From positions 478,519 to 542,518 of the forward strand of contig RHPI01000773.1 of NCBI GenBank assembly GCA_009103225.1: a stretch of DNA of 64,000 bases. Direction: 5' to 3'. The notes beneath the pieces were generated by a model. It was not told the DNA's origin. It searched no databases and saw only the letters and a program-made list of their open reading frames with translations. Position numbers and translations under genes: made by a program. The number at the start of each line of letters is the position of its first letter. Position 1 is the first letter of the stretch. This document shows, piece by piece, positions 52,316 through 63,842 of this stretch. The DNA comes from Chlorokybus atmophyticus. Its lineage: Eukaryota; Plantae; Mesostigma and Chlorokybus algae.

Positions 52316-55300
52316 AGGCCGCACTCACAGTGTGTGCCTGGAACGTGCGGGGTTTGGGGGGCGCTGCGTCTTATCTCGGGCGCAGCAAACGCTCGACCCT
52401 AGCGCGTCGCGTAAGAGAATGGGAGGAAGGGGACAACATGTTCCTACTTCTTCAGGAAACCAAACTTGATGCCTCGTCGGACTCCCAGTGGCTGCAACGC
52501 TTCTGGAAAGGGGGTTCGGTGTGGGCGCCTGCGGAGGGCAGTCGGGGGGGGGGGGGTGCAATCCTCTTCCCCTCGAGCTGGAAACCAAGGGTGTTGGACT
52601 CCGGAGCTTGCGTGGCTTCTCGCTGCTGCTGGGTGCGCGTGCGCTGGGAAGGAAAGCTCCTCCTCGCTTCAATATACGCGCCCAACACTTCCTCGGAGAG
52701 ATCTTCCTTCTTCTCGGAGCTCTCTAGTTCCCTCCCCCCCGCGGATTGGCGCGTGCTGGGGGGGGACTGGAACTTTGTCGAGGACGCGCGGTTGGACCGC
52801 TCGCACACCTCCTCGGACGTGTCCGCGTTCTCCCCTTCCTCCTTTGCTGAGCTCGCGGACGGACTGGAGGTGGAAGATACGTTCCGGGCTCTTCACCCGG
52901 AGGACGTCAGCCACTCGTGGTGCAACGCCCGCCTGGGTGCTGCACGCAGGGCTGCCAGGCTTGACCGGCTGTATATGAGCATCGACATGCGCACGCTCAC
53001 TGTGCAAGCCGAGGTACGCATGGGGGAGACGTCAGACCACAAACCAGTCCTCCTCAGCCTGCACTCACCCGCTTCGGTCCCACGAGGGCCGGGGTATTGG
53101 AAGTTCGACCCCTCCTTGCTTAAGGATCCCTCCTTCTGCTCGGACGCGGAAGAACTTTGGTCTCATCATCAAGCTCAGCACCCGCCCTCGACCCAGCGCG
53201 TTGAGTGGTTCGAGGCCGGCCTTGACTCCTTGGCGATGCTCGCCAAGCAGCATGCCACGCGGAGGAAGGCGGAGCGAGGAAGGGACGAGAACAACCTTCG
53301 CCTCCTGCTGCATGCCAACGAGCAGGCATTGTGCCTGTCTCCGGAAGATGCATGTTGGCAAGAAGAAGGCCTGCGCCTACAATCCTCCTTGCGGGCGTTG
53401 GAAACTCGGACGGTGGAAGGCTCTTTCATCCGCTTTTCTTCGCGTTGGAGGCTAGAGGGGGAGAGGATGAGCAGCTCTTTCTTTGCCAAGGGGCGGGCAG
53501 ACAGACTCTCTTCCCCGATGCTCGAGCTTGATCACACGATGGTCCCTCACGATCCCCCGCTAAGCGAGCAATCGGATCTCCTCGCGGCCACGCGGGACTT
53601 TTATGCGCAGCTGTACACCTCCTCGCAAGTGGACCAGGTTGCCAAGTCCGCTGCTGTGGAGGAATGCCTGCGAGCGGTGGAACCCTTGCTGTCGGCGGAA
53701 GAGGGAGCGCGGCTCGACTCACCAGTGACCAGCTCGGAGCTCCACGCAGCTCTTCGGGCTATGAACCTTCACAAGAGCCCGGGGAGGGATGGCCTTACTG
53801 CAGCCTTTTGGTTGCACATGTGGCCGGTGATAGGTGAGGACTACACTGCATACTGCCACGCGGTGTTGCAGCGGTCTCGTATGGGTTGTTCTCAGCGGGC
53901 GGGGGTCCTCACGTTGCTGCACAAGAAGGGTGCACTGTCCGACTTGCGCAACTGGCGTCCTATCACGCTACTGTCTCTACACCACAAGATCCTAGCGAAG
54001 GCCTTTGCTTTGCGTATGTCCCCCTTGCTTCCGAACATCCTCTCCGAGGAACAGACGGGCTTTGTCAAACACAGGTACATCTTGGACAACTTGCTCACCG
54101 CAATCGATGCCATTCATTGTGCGGATGCTACGCAACAAGAGGTCGCCCTCCTCTTGTTGGACTTCGAGAAAGCCTTTGATCGCCTCGACTGGGACTTCTT
54201 GGACAGAGTGATGCAGGCTTTGGGCTTCGGCCACACCTTTCGGGGTTGGATACGCACGCTCAATGGTGGTGGCAGCTCCGTTATGGTGAATGGCTTTCTC
54301 TCAGAGGAGTTCCACTTGCAGCGGAGTGTGAGGCAGGGCTGTCTGATGGCCCCTGCCTTGTTTGTCATCGCTACTGAAGCGTTGGGCAGCATGCTCAAGA
54401 GTCACCCGGCCATTAAAGGCCTGGTTCTTCCCTCGGATGATCTACCGCACGCAGGAGATCACGACGAGGTTCGCTACTTTGCATTTGCTGATGATACGGC
54501 GGTTTTGCTCGAGACCTCCCCCTCAGCGTTTGAGGCCTTCTCGTAAGTCACGCGCTTGTATTGTCTCGCCTCCGACTCGCAACTCAGCATGCACAAGTCG
54601 GTGGGCATCCTTTTGGGCGCAGCTACCTCCCAACCTGCTCCCGCATTAGGGGTGAAGTGGCTGCAGGAGGGGGCCTCCACCTCGTTGCTCGGCGTCCCCA
54701 TGGTGTTGTCTCTCCAACAGCCTCAGCTCTTCGAGGCTGTGCTTGACAAGATGAGGAAGTGCATGCACATGTGGAAGGGACATTACCTTTCGCTTGTTGG
54801 CAAGGCGCTGGTGCTCAATCAGTCCGTGCTCGCGTGCATGTGGTACATCGCGGCAGTGGCTTCCCCGGCCTCCTCCGTGCTGAAGCAGCTGCGCAAGGAG
54901 TGCACCTCTTTTCTGTGGTCTTCCTCTGCTGGCCTGGACGGGATCCCCACACGTGGGAAGGTGCGCTGGGCTGTTGTTTGCCTCCCGAAGTCCGAGGGGG
55001 GTCTTGGGGTCTTGGATCCCACGTTGCAATTGCAAGCTTTGCTGGCGAGGTGGGCTGTCCGGCTGGCTGACCCGACGTGGGCACCGTGGAAGGTTATGGG
55101 GTATCAGCAGCTCGCGGTGTGGGCATCGGACGCCCGGGAGCCTTCCACTTTATGGCTCCCACCCGGGGCTGCCTTGCTCTCCACCGGCTTGCCTGTCCAT
55201 GCACGCGTAGCCCGCCACTGGCGTGCTATTTTTCGGGCGTGGCAGGCGGTTTCCCCTCCCTTGCGCGCTCCGCCCACCAACTACGAGGAGGTGCTGGCGC

Positions 55301-56655
55301 AGCACTTGTTCTACAACGGACTCCTCCGTATGCAGGACGGCAAAGTGCTTGGCTCGGGGGCTAGCAAGAGCTGGTTCCGCCCCTGGGCTCGGGAAGGGTT
55401 CCACCGTGTGTGTGACCTGTGGGATCCTCTCCTCCGCAGGCCATACACCGCGGAGGAACTCTTCTTCTGGGTGCCGGTGCTCACGCAGCAACGACTGGAT
55501 GTGCTCTGGTCTGCTGTCCCACCGGAGTGGAGGGCCTTGCTGGACGCTGGTCCGGGCCTTCCGGTGCACGATGAGTGGTGGGCTTCTCCCACTCCTGCCG
55601 GCAGCATTGATGCAGTGCTGTTGGTTTCCCATGTGCAGGGAGCACGCTGTGTTGGCACACGCTTCCCTTTCGTGGGCCCCGAGCGTACTACGCTGGGTGA
55701 AGGGGTGGAAGGTAGCTCGCTCTTCCTTCAAGCTGCCAGGCGAGTGCGGGTTCTTCCTCCTCCTCCACGTTGGGGAAAAGGTCCCGCTCCTCGCTCGGCG
55801 GCCTGGCTGTCTCTCCCGGTTACTGCCCGCCATCACGGTTGGTTCGCAGTAGGGGGAGCACCTGTTGCGGATATGCATTGCGACCCGCAAGCTATGAGGT
55901 GGACGCTGCAGCCAGGAGCGGGCTTTGTGGCGTCCTCCCTATGGGATTAAACTTCAAAGTTGGGGTATCATGTCCTCACGCGCAAAGCGGTGGCAATGGT
56001 GCCCGGGCCGAAACGTTGGCTGCTGCTGTCTCCGGACATTCCATGGCAGCAGGTGTGGCGTACGGTGCACAATGCACCGGTTGTAGGAAAGCAACGCACG
56101 TTGCTTTGGTTGATAGCGCAGGACGCTATGTTTACGGGGGAGCGCCTCCAGTTTCTGGATGCAAACACCTCGTGCCTTTCTTGTCACGCGGTTGGCATGG
56201 AGACTACATTGCACTTGTTCTTCTCTTGCTCTTCAGCCACCTACGCTTGGTCTTGTCTCTCCGCAGTGTTTGGCAGGATGGGGGCCTCCCTCGTCACTTC
56301 TCCTCGCTCAGTTCTGTTTGGGGTGGGTCCTGCGGTCTCCCCGCAGTCTTTCTCACCGCTCTGGAGGGCTATGCGCCCCACTGTTCTGTGGATCATATGG
56401 TGCTACCGGTGTGCCAACCGGTATGGCACATCTGTTCCTGTTAGCGTTCTTCGCGCCCGGATTCTCCAAGCTGGTTGTCTACGAGCACGCGAGGAGTGGC
56501 TCTCGGTTCTTACCACCCCTCTTGCTGATGGCAAGAGGGAGGGTGCTCTTTCTGCCTTCACCTCTTCGTGGGGTAGCGGGGGGGTCCTCTGTACGCTCAC
56601 CTCTACCCTGCCCTCGCCTCGCGCTCTCTTCAGTCATCGGGATATGATAGACTAG
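52312..56655 (+). pseudogene. LINE ORF2 (APE endonuclease, RT, C-terminal zinc finger) with two in-frame TAA
   Basis: WNVRGL, LLQETK, GGDWN, SDHKPV; KSPGRDG, NWRPITLL, LDFEKAFD, RQGCLMAP, FADD; CLSC..ETTLHLFFSC. One frame with stops at 54544 and 55948. Confidence 0.95.
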
Positions 56656-56806
56656 GGACATCTTCCGTTTCCATGCTCAGTCTTTGGTTCGCTATGGTTA
56701 GTGTAATTCTCTAGTTTCCTTTAGCACGTAGTTGTATTACTCTGAACTCTTGTCCTTATGCTTAATGCAATCTTTGTTGGGCTCAAAAAAAAAAAAAAAG
56801 CATGCC

Positions 56807-58957
56807 AAGTACAGCTCGAATGGTTTTACTTGCCGCCCAGTAAGTTTGCTCAGGTAGTGGCACACATCCCGACCCGCATCAGTCGACATCGACAGGTACA
56901 TCTGCTGCAGCAGGTCGAAGTTCTGCTCCGCAGATAGCTCTTGCACATTGCCGGGTTGCTGCGGCAGTAACAACACCATCATATCGAGGACGGCGAGGGG
57001 CAACAACGTACTACGCATGGCCATATCGTGTATGGGTTCCAATCACGGCCAATCCCTGGAGGTCTGTTTAGACCGCACTCTCCGCGTTTGCTCCCACTTA
57101 TTGCATACTTTTGTCACCCACCGCGAGGCATGCCGCATGCAGTGACGCAGCGCGTCTTGGGCATATTGTAGGGCGATCAACTCCTTTGCACTACGAGTCA
57201 GCCCCTCAAAGCGTCTGCGCGTCGGTGTTTTGAGCTTAGGCAGCTCGTGCCGCACCGGCTGTTTCTCTGGACGATGCTGAGCAGCCACTTGACGCTGTAA
57301 ACCCGCCTGTGCCTACTCAGGACACACAGCCAGCCCCAGTGAGGCTTTAAGGCGCTGTGCTTCTTCTAACGTTGTAACGATGCTTCACCTTTTCTTTTTT
57401 GGTCATGTCAGCGACCTTTGTTCCAACAACCTTCTTCTTTTTTATTTTTTCAACCTGCACATCCTGGCAGGCGCTCTCCGTGGCACTGTCACTCAGAGGA
57501 GGTAAGGCGTTATCTTCTTGCTCCACAGCCTTGCGCTTGTGGGTTGCCTCCCGTTCCTCCACGACCTCACGTCGCTTCATGAGGTCGAGCATGAAGCCTC
57601 TGTCTTCCAGCGCAGCTTTTAAAACACCTCGATTAATCTCTTTACCAATAAGACAGGCTGGGATCAATGTGGCAAGCTTAGAGGGAGAGGGCAAGCTACA
57701 GCTGCTTCATGATGAAGATGCCTCCGGATGGTCAGAGTGCGGCGGCAAGTGAGTCTCCGCGGCAGGAAGGGAGGGTGCTGAATTGGGATTGCGAGCATGT
57801 GGCTGTGGTTGAGGGGAGGCAGGATGTGCAGAACACTCGGCTACTTCTTGCCTAGCACACGAAGGCGAGGCTTGAGGCGTTGGCGCAGCACTCTGGGTCA
57901 CAGCCGGTGGTAGCGGGGAGTTGGCAACGCCATTCCGCCACTCTCCGATTAGGTGTGTTACCTCCGGTGGCATTCATCATGCATAGACCACGACCACTGT
58001 TTGGTACTTGCAGGCTTGAGGAGCCAAAAGTGTGCTTCTGGCTCATCAAGAGCAGTGTTGCCCACCACCGCGACTGAGTTGGGGGCTTCTTTATTTTCAA
58101 CCCAAACTGCGCTGCCGGGCCGTGGCACCCACTCCCCATGCTCGCGCTGAACGGTCACGCAGCCAATCAACAGCCCAGCTTGTTGGCAAATATGGTCATC
58201 TACAAGTGCTCGACGTACACATCTTTTCTCCGCACGATCTGTCGCACCTTGGCCATAGCTAGGTCGATGTTGCGATTAACATCAGCCAACATGGTCGCAG
58301 GCGGTTTATCGTAATGCTGCGCCATCTCTCCCGCGGCACCAGTGGCTCTGCAGAAGTCTAAGATTTTGCTCGCCACGCCTGCATCGACAGCCTTGGCGGT
58401 GATTTTGCGGAGAGTGTGCCCCCTGCCGTCGTCGTCCATGGTGTCCAGCATGGCCCAAAATCTGCTCGAGCTGGGGCACTTGTGATCATCCAGGACACTT
58501 TGCGCTATGGATGGCCTGGCGCGAAATACACAATGGTAGAAGCAATTACCGTCCGTGGCGCATTGAAGTGGTCTGATGAGGCGAGCTGGCCACCTAGCAT
58601 AACTGACGGCCATATGCGGGTTGCGGCCAGCTCCTCTAATGACTCGCTGGCAGGTGGTGACCCCTGCTGCATGCGCATACAGCACTCAAACGATGTGTCC
58701 AACTGTGGACGGCAAGAGTCACAGTGACTAATAAAGTACCTGAGTTTGGGGCAGACTGCCGGCTTCAACTTGCAGCGGGTGGGGTAAGGTAGGTGCAGAA
58801 GCCACATCGGTTGTTGCATTGTGCTGTGGTCTCGCCGGTGGCAGCAAGAAGGATTGTTGCCCCGCAATCGCCGGTGCTGCTCGTGGAGGAGATGGCAGTG
58901 CATGAAGGACTGGTGCCGCGGAAGGTGGTTGCGCTCTGGCTGCGAGGGGAGCAGGAG
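56807..58957 (-). pseudogene. Middle part of the cargo gene: Pro/Ala-rich exon, OTU deubiquitinase domain and linker exons
   Basis: PLQCATDGNCFYHCVF (Asp/Cys), LRKITAKAV, YVEHL*MTIFANKLGC, EAHFWLLKP (His): the full OTU catalytic layout, with one stop and one frameshift. Confidence 0.7.
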
Positions 58958-58989
58958 CTGCAGGTGAGACCACTTGTGCATGCAGCAAG

Positions 58990-60646
58990 GGTGTCACCAC
59001 CTTGATGTGAAGACTGCTTTTTTTACGGAGAGCTGGAGGAAGAAATCTACACCAAGCAACCACCAGGCTACGCAGAAGGGGAGCCAGGCATGGCTTGCAA
59101 GTTGATCAAGGCTTTGTATGGGCTGCGACAAGCACCACGTGTGTGGCACATTCGCCTCACGAAAGTGTTGGAGAAACTCGGCTACAAAGCATCCTCAGCG
59201 GATCCGGGGCTCTTCATCCATGAAGAGAAGAAGGTTTACTTGCTCGTGTATGTGGACGACATCATCGTCACGGTCAAGCAAGTTGAAGACCTGAAGGAAA
59301 CGAAGCACGGATTGCAGCAAGCATTCGCAGTACGCGACCTTGGAGAGGTCAAGTTATTTCTTGGCATGGTGATAGAGCGTGACAGAGCAGCACGCACAAT
59401 CAAGATCAGCCAAGAGCAGATGGTGAAGCAACTTGTCACCAAGTTCGGACTCAATGAAGCAAAGACCAAGTCTACTCCATTGGCACTCGGCACCAACCTC
59501 GTTAAAGCGAAAGATGAGGAAGTACTCGACAAGGCTCAGTATCCCTATGGTGAGCTTGTTGGGAGTATGCTCTACCTAGCAGTGTGCACAAGACCCGACA
59601 TCGTACATGCGGTTGGAGTGCTTGCGCGCTACATGTCTGCACCAAGCATGGAGCATTGGCGTGCAGCGAAGGGAGTATTGCGCTACGTGGCTGGAAGCGC
59701 AAGTGTTGGCATCAAGTTTGGTTGTGGAAGCACAGAGATGGAGGGCTATTGCGACGCAGACTTTGCAGGTGACCTCGATATCAGGAGGTCCACCACGGCG
59801 TACGTCTTCAAGTTGAATGGAGGCGTGGTGAGCTGCAACAGTAGGCTGCAACCCACAACAGCTGCATCTACTTCGGAAGCGGAGTACATGGCAGCATCGA
59901 CTGCAGTGAAGGAGGCGTTATGGCTTCGCAAGCTGATGGCAGATCTGGAGCACCCGATGGCGCGTATCACGATCAACTGCGACAACCAAGGCGCCATCAA
60001 GTTGCTGAAGCACCCCATTGCCTCAACAAGGACAAAGCACATTGATGTCATGCATCATTTTGTGCGAGACAGAGTCACACGCAAGGAGGTTGAGTTCCAA
60101 TATTTCAATACGGAAGACATGCTCGCGGACTTCATGACGAAGCCACTGTCACCGCTGAAGTTCAAGGCATGTTGCAAGGGACTCGGCATATGTGCTTAGG
60201 TGAAAGAAGACCAAGCGTTGAAGGCCAAGCTGCCCGCGTGGGAGTGTTGAACATATTGCTACATCCGGTCAGCCTGCCCTGCATACAAGAGAGAAGAGAA
60301 GGGACCTCGATGGGAGGACCTCGAAGACTCCGGACATGAAGGTCCTGGCGCGGACTGAAGAGAAGGGTCCTAGGCGAATCGTCATATCTCCTAGGATACT
60401 CAGTCTTTTAGGACGTGGCATAGCTTGTTATAAAGCTTATCAAGTTAGCTACGTGGCACATCTTACAACGTAGGATATGGTTCAGTATATCGGACGCTGT
60501 TGCATGTAGACTAGCAGTGTGTACAAACTGTGTACTGACTGGCGGGTATATAACCCCGCGGTCTGTTGGTAATAAAACGGGAAGTGTGTTGCCTTCTCCT
60601 GTGTGTCATTGCTTGCCCTCTTCACTTGCATGCTTGCTTCTCAACA
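58990..60646 (+). mobile_element. Ty1/copia 3' half (C-terminal RT, RNase H, PPT, 3' LTR 60245-60646); same element as 40732-44127
   Basis: Begins CHHLDVKTAF exactly where the 5' half stops; LYGLRQAP, YVDD, YCDADFA, TKHIDV; 402-bp LTR ~96% identical by eye; TSD CTTAC. Confidence 0.96.
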
Positions 60647-61389
60647 CTTACTATGCTGGCCTCAGAATAGATACTGCATCGATACTGCATTAGGTACTGC
60701 ATTTCACAGACCTTGGCCGGCATATATGTGATGCTGATGTCCTGATCCTCAGGGTCTCCAGGCTTGCGTAGGTAAGCCGTCACGTAGTTCTGATACGGCA
60801 GCACACTCGCATGTCCATATGTGACATGGCTCTGATGGTTGAAGCACATGCACCGAGAACACACCTCAGACTGAGAGAAAGCAATTGTGGTCCGGAGGTA
60901 GCTGGCCACATGCACACCGGTCTCCCACTGGAGCTCTTCCATCAGGAAATGTGCATTTCGGATGCACTTGATGATCCGCCCCATAACGGAGGCCGACAGG
61001 CCTTGGCCGTTGTTGCACTGCACGAATGCCACTGCAAGAGCATGCTCCGAGCCATACCACCTGGATTCCGACGCGTGCTAAGGGACGCCTCCATTTCCAT
61101 GTTGGCGTGCCACAGGTTTCTCAGGCACACGCACACATCAAAAGCCCTCGTTCACTTCCTCCTCCTCCTGTTGCTGCTGTGCGTGTGTCTCCTGGAGGGA
61201 TCCATTAGCATTAAGCATGTGCGCATCTTGGATCGAACTCCCCGGTTCAACATGACCCGCATCGTACTATAATAGACGCTGGCCGACATACAGCTTGATC
61301 TGCTTGCACACCCTGCTGCTAATAATGTGCATGTAGACCGAGTTGCGTGTGGCGAAGCGCATGTGGCAATACGGACAAAGGACTCCCAT
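60647..61389 (-). pseudogene. 5' part of the Plavaka transposase gene (N-terminal zinc finger and helical region)
   Basis: MGVLCPYCHMRFATRNSVYMHIISSRVCK; EHALAVAFVQCNNGQGLSASVMGRIIKCI; exon ends ITYMPAK| and splices to VWLARLYSNP at 44154 once the copia is removed and the inversion undone. Confidence 0.7.
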
Positions 61390-61539
61390 ATCTCACCACT
61401 AACGTCGACACAGGTGTGGCCAATGTAACCTGCATCATATCCAGCAACACGCGCACCCGCGGCCGCCGCCGCCGCCGCCACTGCCACCGCCGCCGCTACC
61501 CTTGCATGCCAGAGGCGGGAAACTTGGCCGCCATTCACT

Positions 61540-61730
61540 GGCTCCGTCATACCATCATTATGGTACGATCGAGCCATTGCACGTCCCGGATGAGTCTCTG
61601 CATATATATATATGTATATATATATATCCTGATTGAACCGTTTCAATGGTACGAAGATGCCTTTGCCAAAATGGCATTGAAATGGTACCTTTGTACAATG
61701 GCAATGACAGTTCATACCATTGACAACTCT
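61540..61730. promoter_or_regulatory. Third ATGGTAC cluster, between the transposase start and a divergent gene
   Basis: ATGGTACGA x2 (~61560, 61646), ATGGTACC (~61682); acga(g)agatgcctttg is shared in inverted form with ~39425-39445. Confidence 0.5.
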
Positions 61731-62269
61731 GGCAATATCAGTCCCCCTACGCATAAAAACACCATTGATAGCTCCGCCAAGCTATGCCCTTACAGGGGCG
61801 TGATGCCGAGGGTATGTGGCGTTTGGAGCATTGTTGGCGGCGCTGCCAGGGGCGTAGTGGGCATTGTGGTCGAGGTCCGGGATGAATTCCATGTTCGCAT
61901 AAGGCGGGCAGGGTGCCGGAGGGGTGTCCTCGGTGTCAAACCCCACCGTGCCTACCAAGGGCACAGCCAATGACAACAGTGACTCGGGCGATATCTTACA
62001 GGGCTCCCCCTCCGAGTGGGCAAAGGCACACCACAATACTTCCTCTAAAAATCCGACCCACCAGCAGCTGCGACCACGGCGACATGATTTAAGGGACCAA
62101 ACAAGACTGGCACCAAGGTGGGTTACGATGCACTGTCAATGCCACATGCTAGGGTTCTTTTATCTTGCACATGCACAGCCTCAAGTATCTTGCACTTGAC
62201 ATACACTGTCAATACCACATGCACACCCTCATGCACATCCTTCAGTGCCATGCACATGAACAGCATGAC

Positions 62270-62745
62270 CAACTCGCAAACGCACAGCCTATTTCCACTT
62301 GCGGGAGCTCACAGGTCGCAAAAGAGAAGCTGCGGAGTACCACGAACGGGTAATCCATGACCTAGTTTAATGTTTCCAGCGGTAATTAAGCAGCATGCTT
62401 GCAGATTGCCATGTTGGTCAGAGTGAACATAGAGCAGCGCGGCAGACTGAGTGTCTGCCTAGCGGAGTGCAACAAAGCGGAAGACAAGGTAAGCATGTGT
62501 ATGCTGATGGGCTAGTCCTCTGGCAGCACGCCACTCTTACAGCATTACCACATGCAGGTGGTCACTCTCAAAGCGACCATCAAGCGCATGCGCGTGCCCG
62601 GCGAGGCGCTCACATTCAAGCTGAAGGACGAAGTAGCCGCTGTACTGTCAGCGAGCGATGCAGCGGATGAAGATGACTCCGGCGCTCAAGCAGAAGACTT
62701 GTCGGAGGAGGAACATGAGGAGGGGGTTTGAGGAGGAGTTGTGAG
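62270..62745 (+). CDS. Unknown spliced gene, 3' exons with an acidic tail; possibly element-borne
   Basis: GT-AG exons AYFHLRELTGRKREAAEYHER|IAMLVRVNIEQRGRLSVCLAECNKAEDK|VVTLKATIKRMRVPGEALTFKLKDEVAAVLSASDAADEDD...EEEHEEG. Confidence 0.4.
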
Positions 62746-63842
62746 GCAGGCACCACGGGTTGACAAGCTGCGCATGAGTCCGACAGCTAGACTCAATGTT
62801 ATAGGGTAGTTTCATGCGCAAGTCGGCTGCTCAGTTGCAAGTGGACACTCTCACCACTGCCGGTACATTGTATATATTGTGGGCTTATAGGTGCAAGACC
62901 AAACAATCTGTCCAAGGTTTGTACAAGCTGCATGGCATGTTAGTGCTGGCTTACGGCTAAAATTGCCAACTTTTGTCAAGCGGCAAGGGTCACATATTAA
63001 CAGCAGTGTAACGGCAAAGAAACTGCCGGCTACTGTTGTCAGCTGTCCGTAACTACCGGCTAACGGCCGTCTTTGCACATCGACCAAAGGGTAACTGGTT
63101 GACATCTCTTGGCCGGTTAATGCCACTGACAACCACTTTCGACCCGCGGCCGTCTGCGTCAGTCCACTTAAGCCAATGGCAAACCCAACAGTCCAAAAGT
63201 AACATTTTAGGCAGCGACAGGCAGGCTCAGGCAGGCTCAGGCTCCAGTCAGTCCCTCAGTCCTTAGTCAGTCACCGTGTAAATTTTGCAATGTCCGTATC
63301 TCGGAGGAGGAGGTGGCCTCCCACTCATCAAGCTTTACCCATCGCTGGTTGGGGCCAGGGGAATACTTGCTAGTGGTTTCCACATAAATGGGGCTGACTA
63401 GAAAGAGAACAAGGGTGTCATCTGCGCCATTGCGCACAAAACCGCTGACACTATCACAGATTCCACGCATGCATTCATAAAGTACACTGTTTGTAACGAT
63501 GTGGTAGCACTACTATGTACTATGTTAGCAAACTTCGCAAGCTTGAACAAGCTTGCGAAATCATATAAGACCGTGACAGTTGCTGTGACAAACAAGAAGT
63601 TTCATAAGGTACTTTTTCAAAGAATTGGACATATATCGTGCATGATGTTGTAATATCCTTTTGTATCCCCGTAATTGCATCTTCGAAATGTCTTACGGCA
63701 ACCTTGTACGTACTACACACAGCAAGTTAACCAGTTGTCATTTCATCTGAGAGACCAACAACGGTTATTAACACCCCACATCAATCAAAGTTTACAGCTC
63801 AAAACGCAACGACAGCAACCATTAAAGCTGCTCCCGTTGACG

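Larger units (their letters stand above)
49464..56799 (+). mobile_element. Near full-length Tx1/L1-clade LINE, 7.3 kb
   Basis: 10-bp TSD AAAGCATGCC (49454-49463, 56797-56806); poly-A 56785-56799; two ORFs. Confidence 0.95.

Noticed and set aside
57958-58170. Separate PWWP-like domain
   Set aside because: Better explained as the C-terminal half of the OTU domain carrying the catalytic His (AHFWLL).
43726-60646. The two 402-bp inverted repeats as long TIRs of a Polinton-like or foldback element
   Set aside because: They have TG...CA ends, a PBS and a PPT and flank complementary copia halves with a 5-bp TSD; the inverted orientation comes from the inversion.
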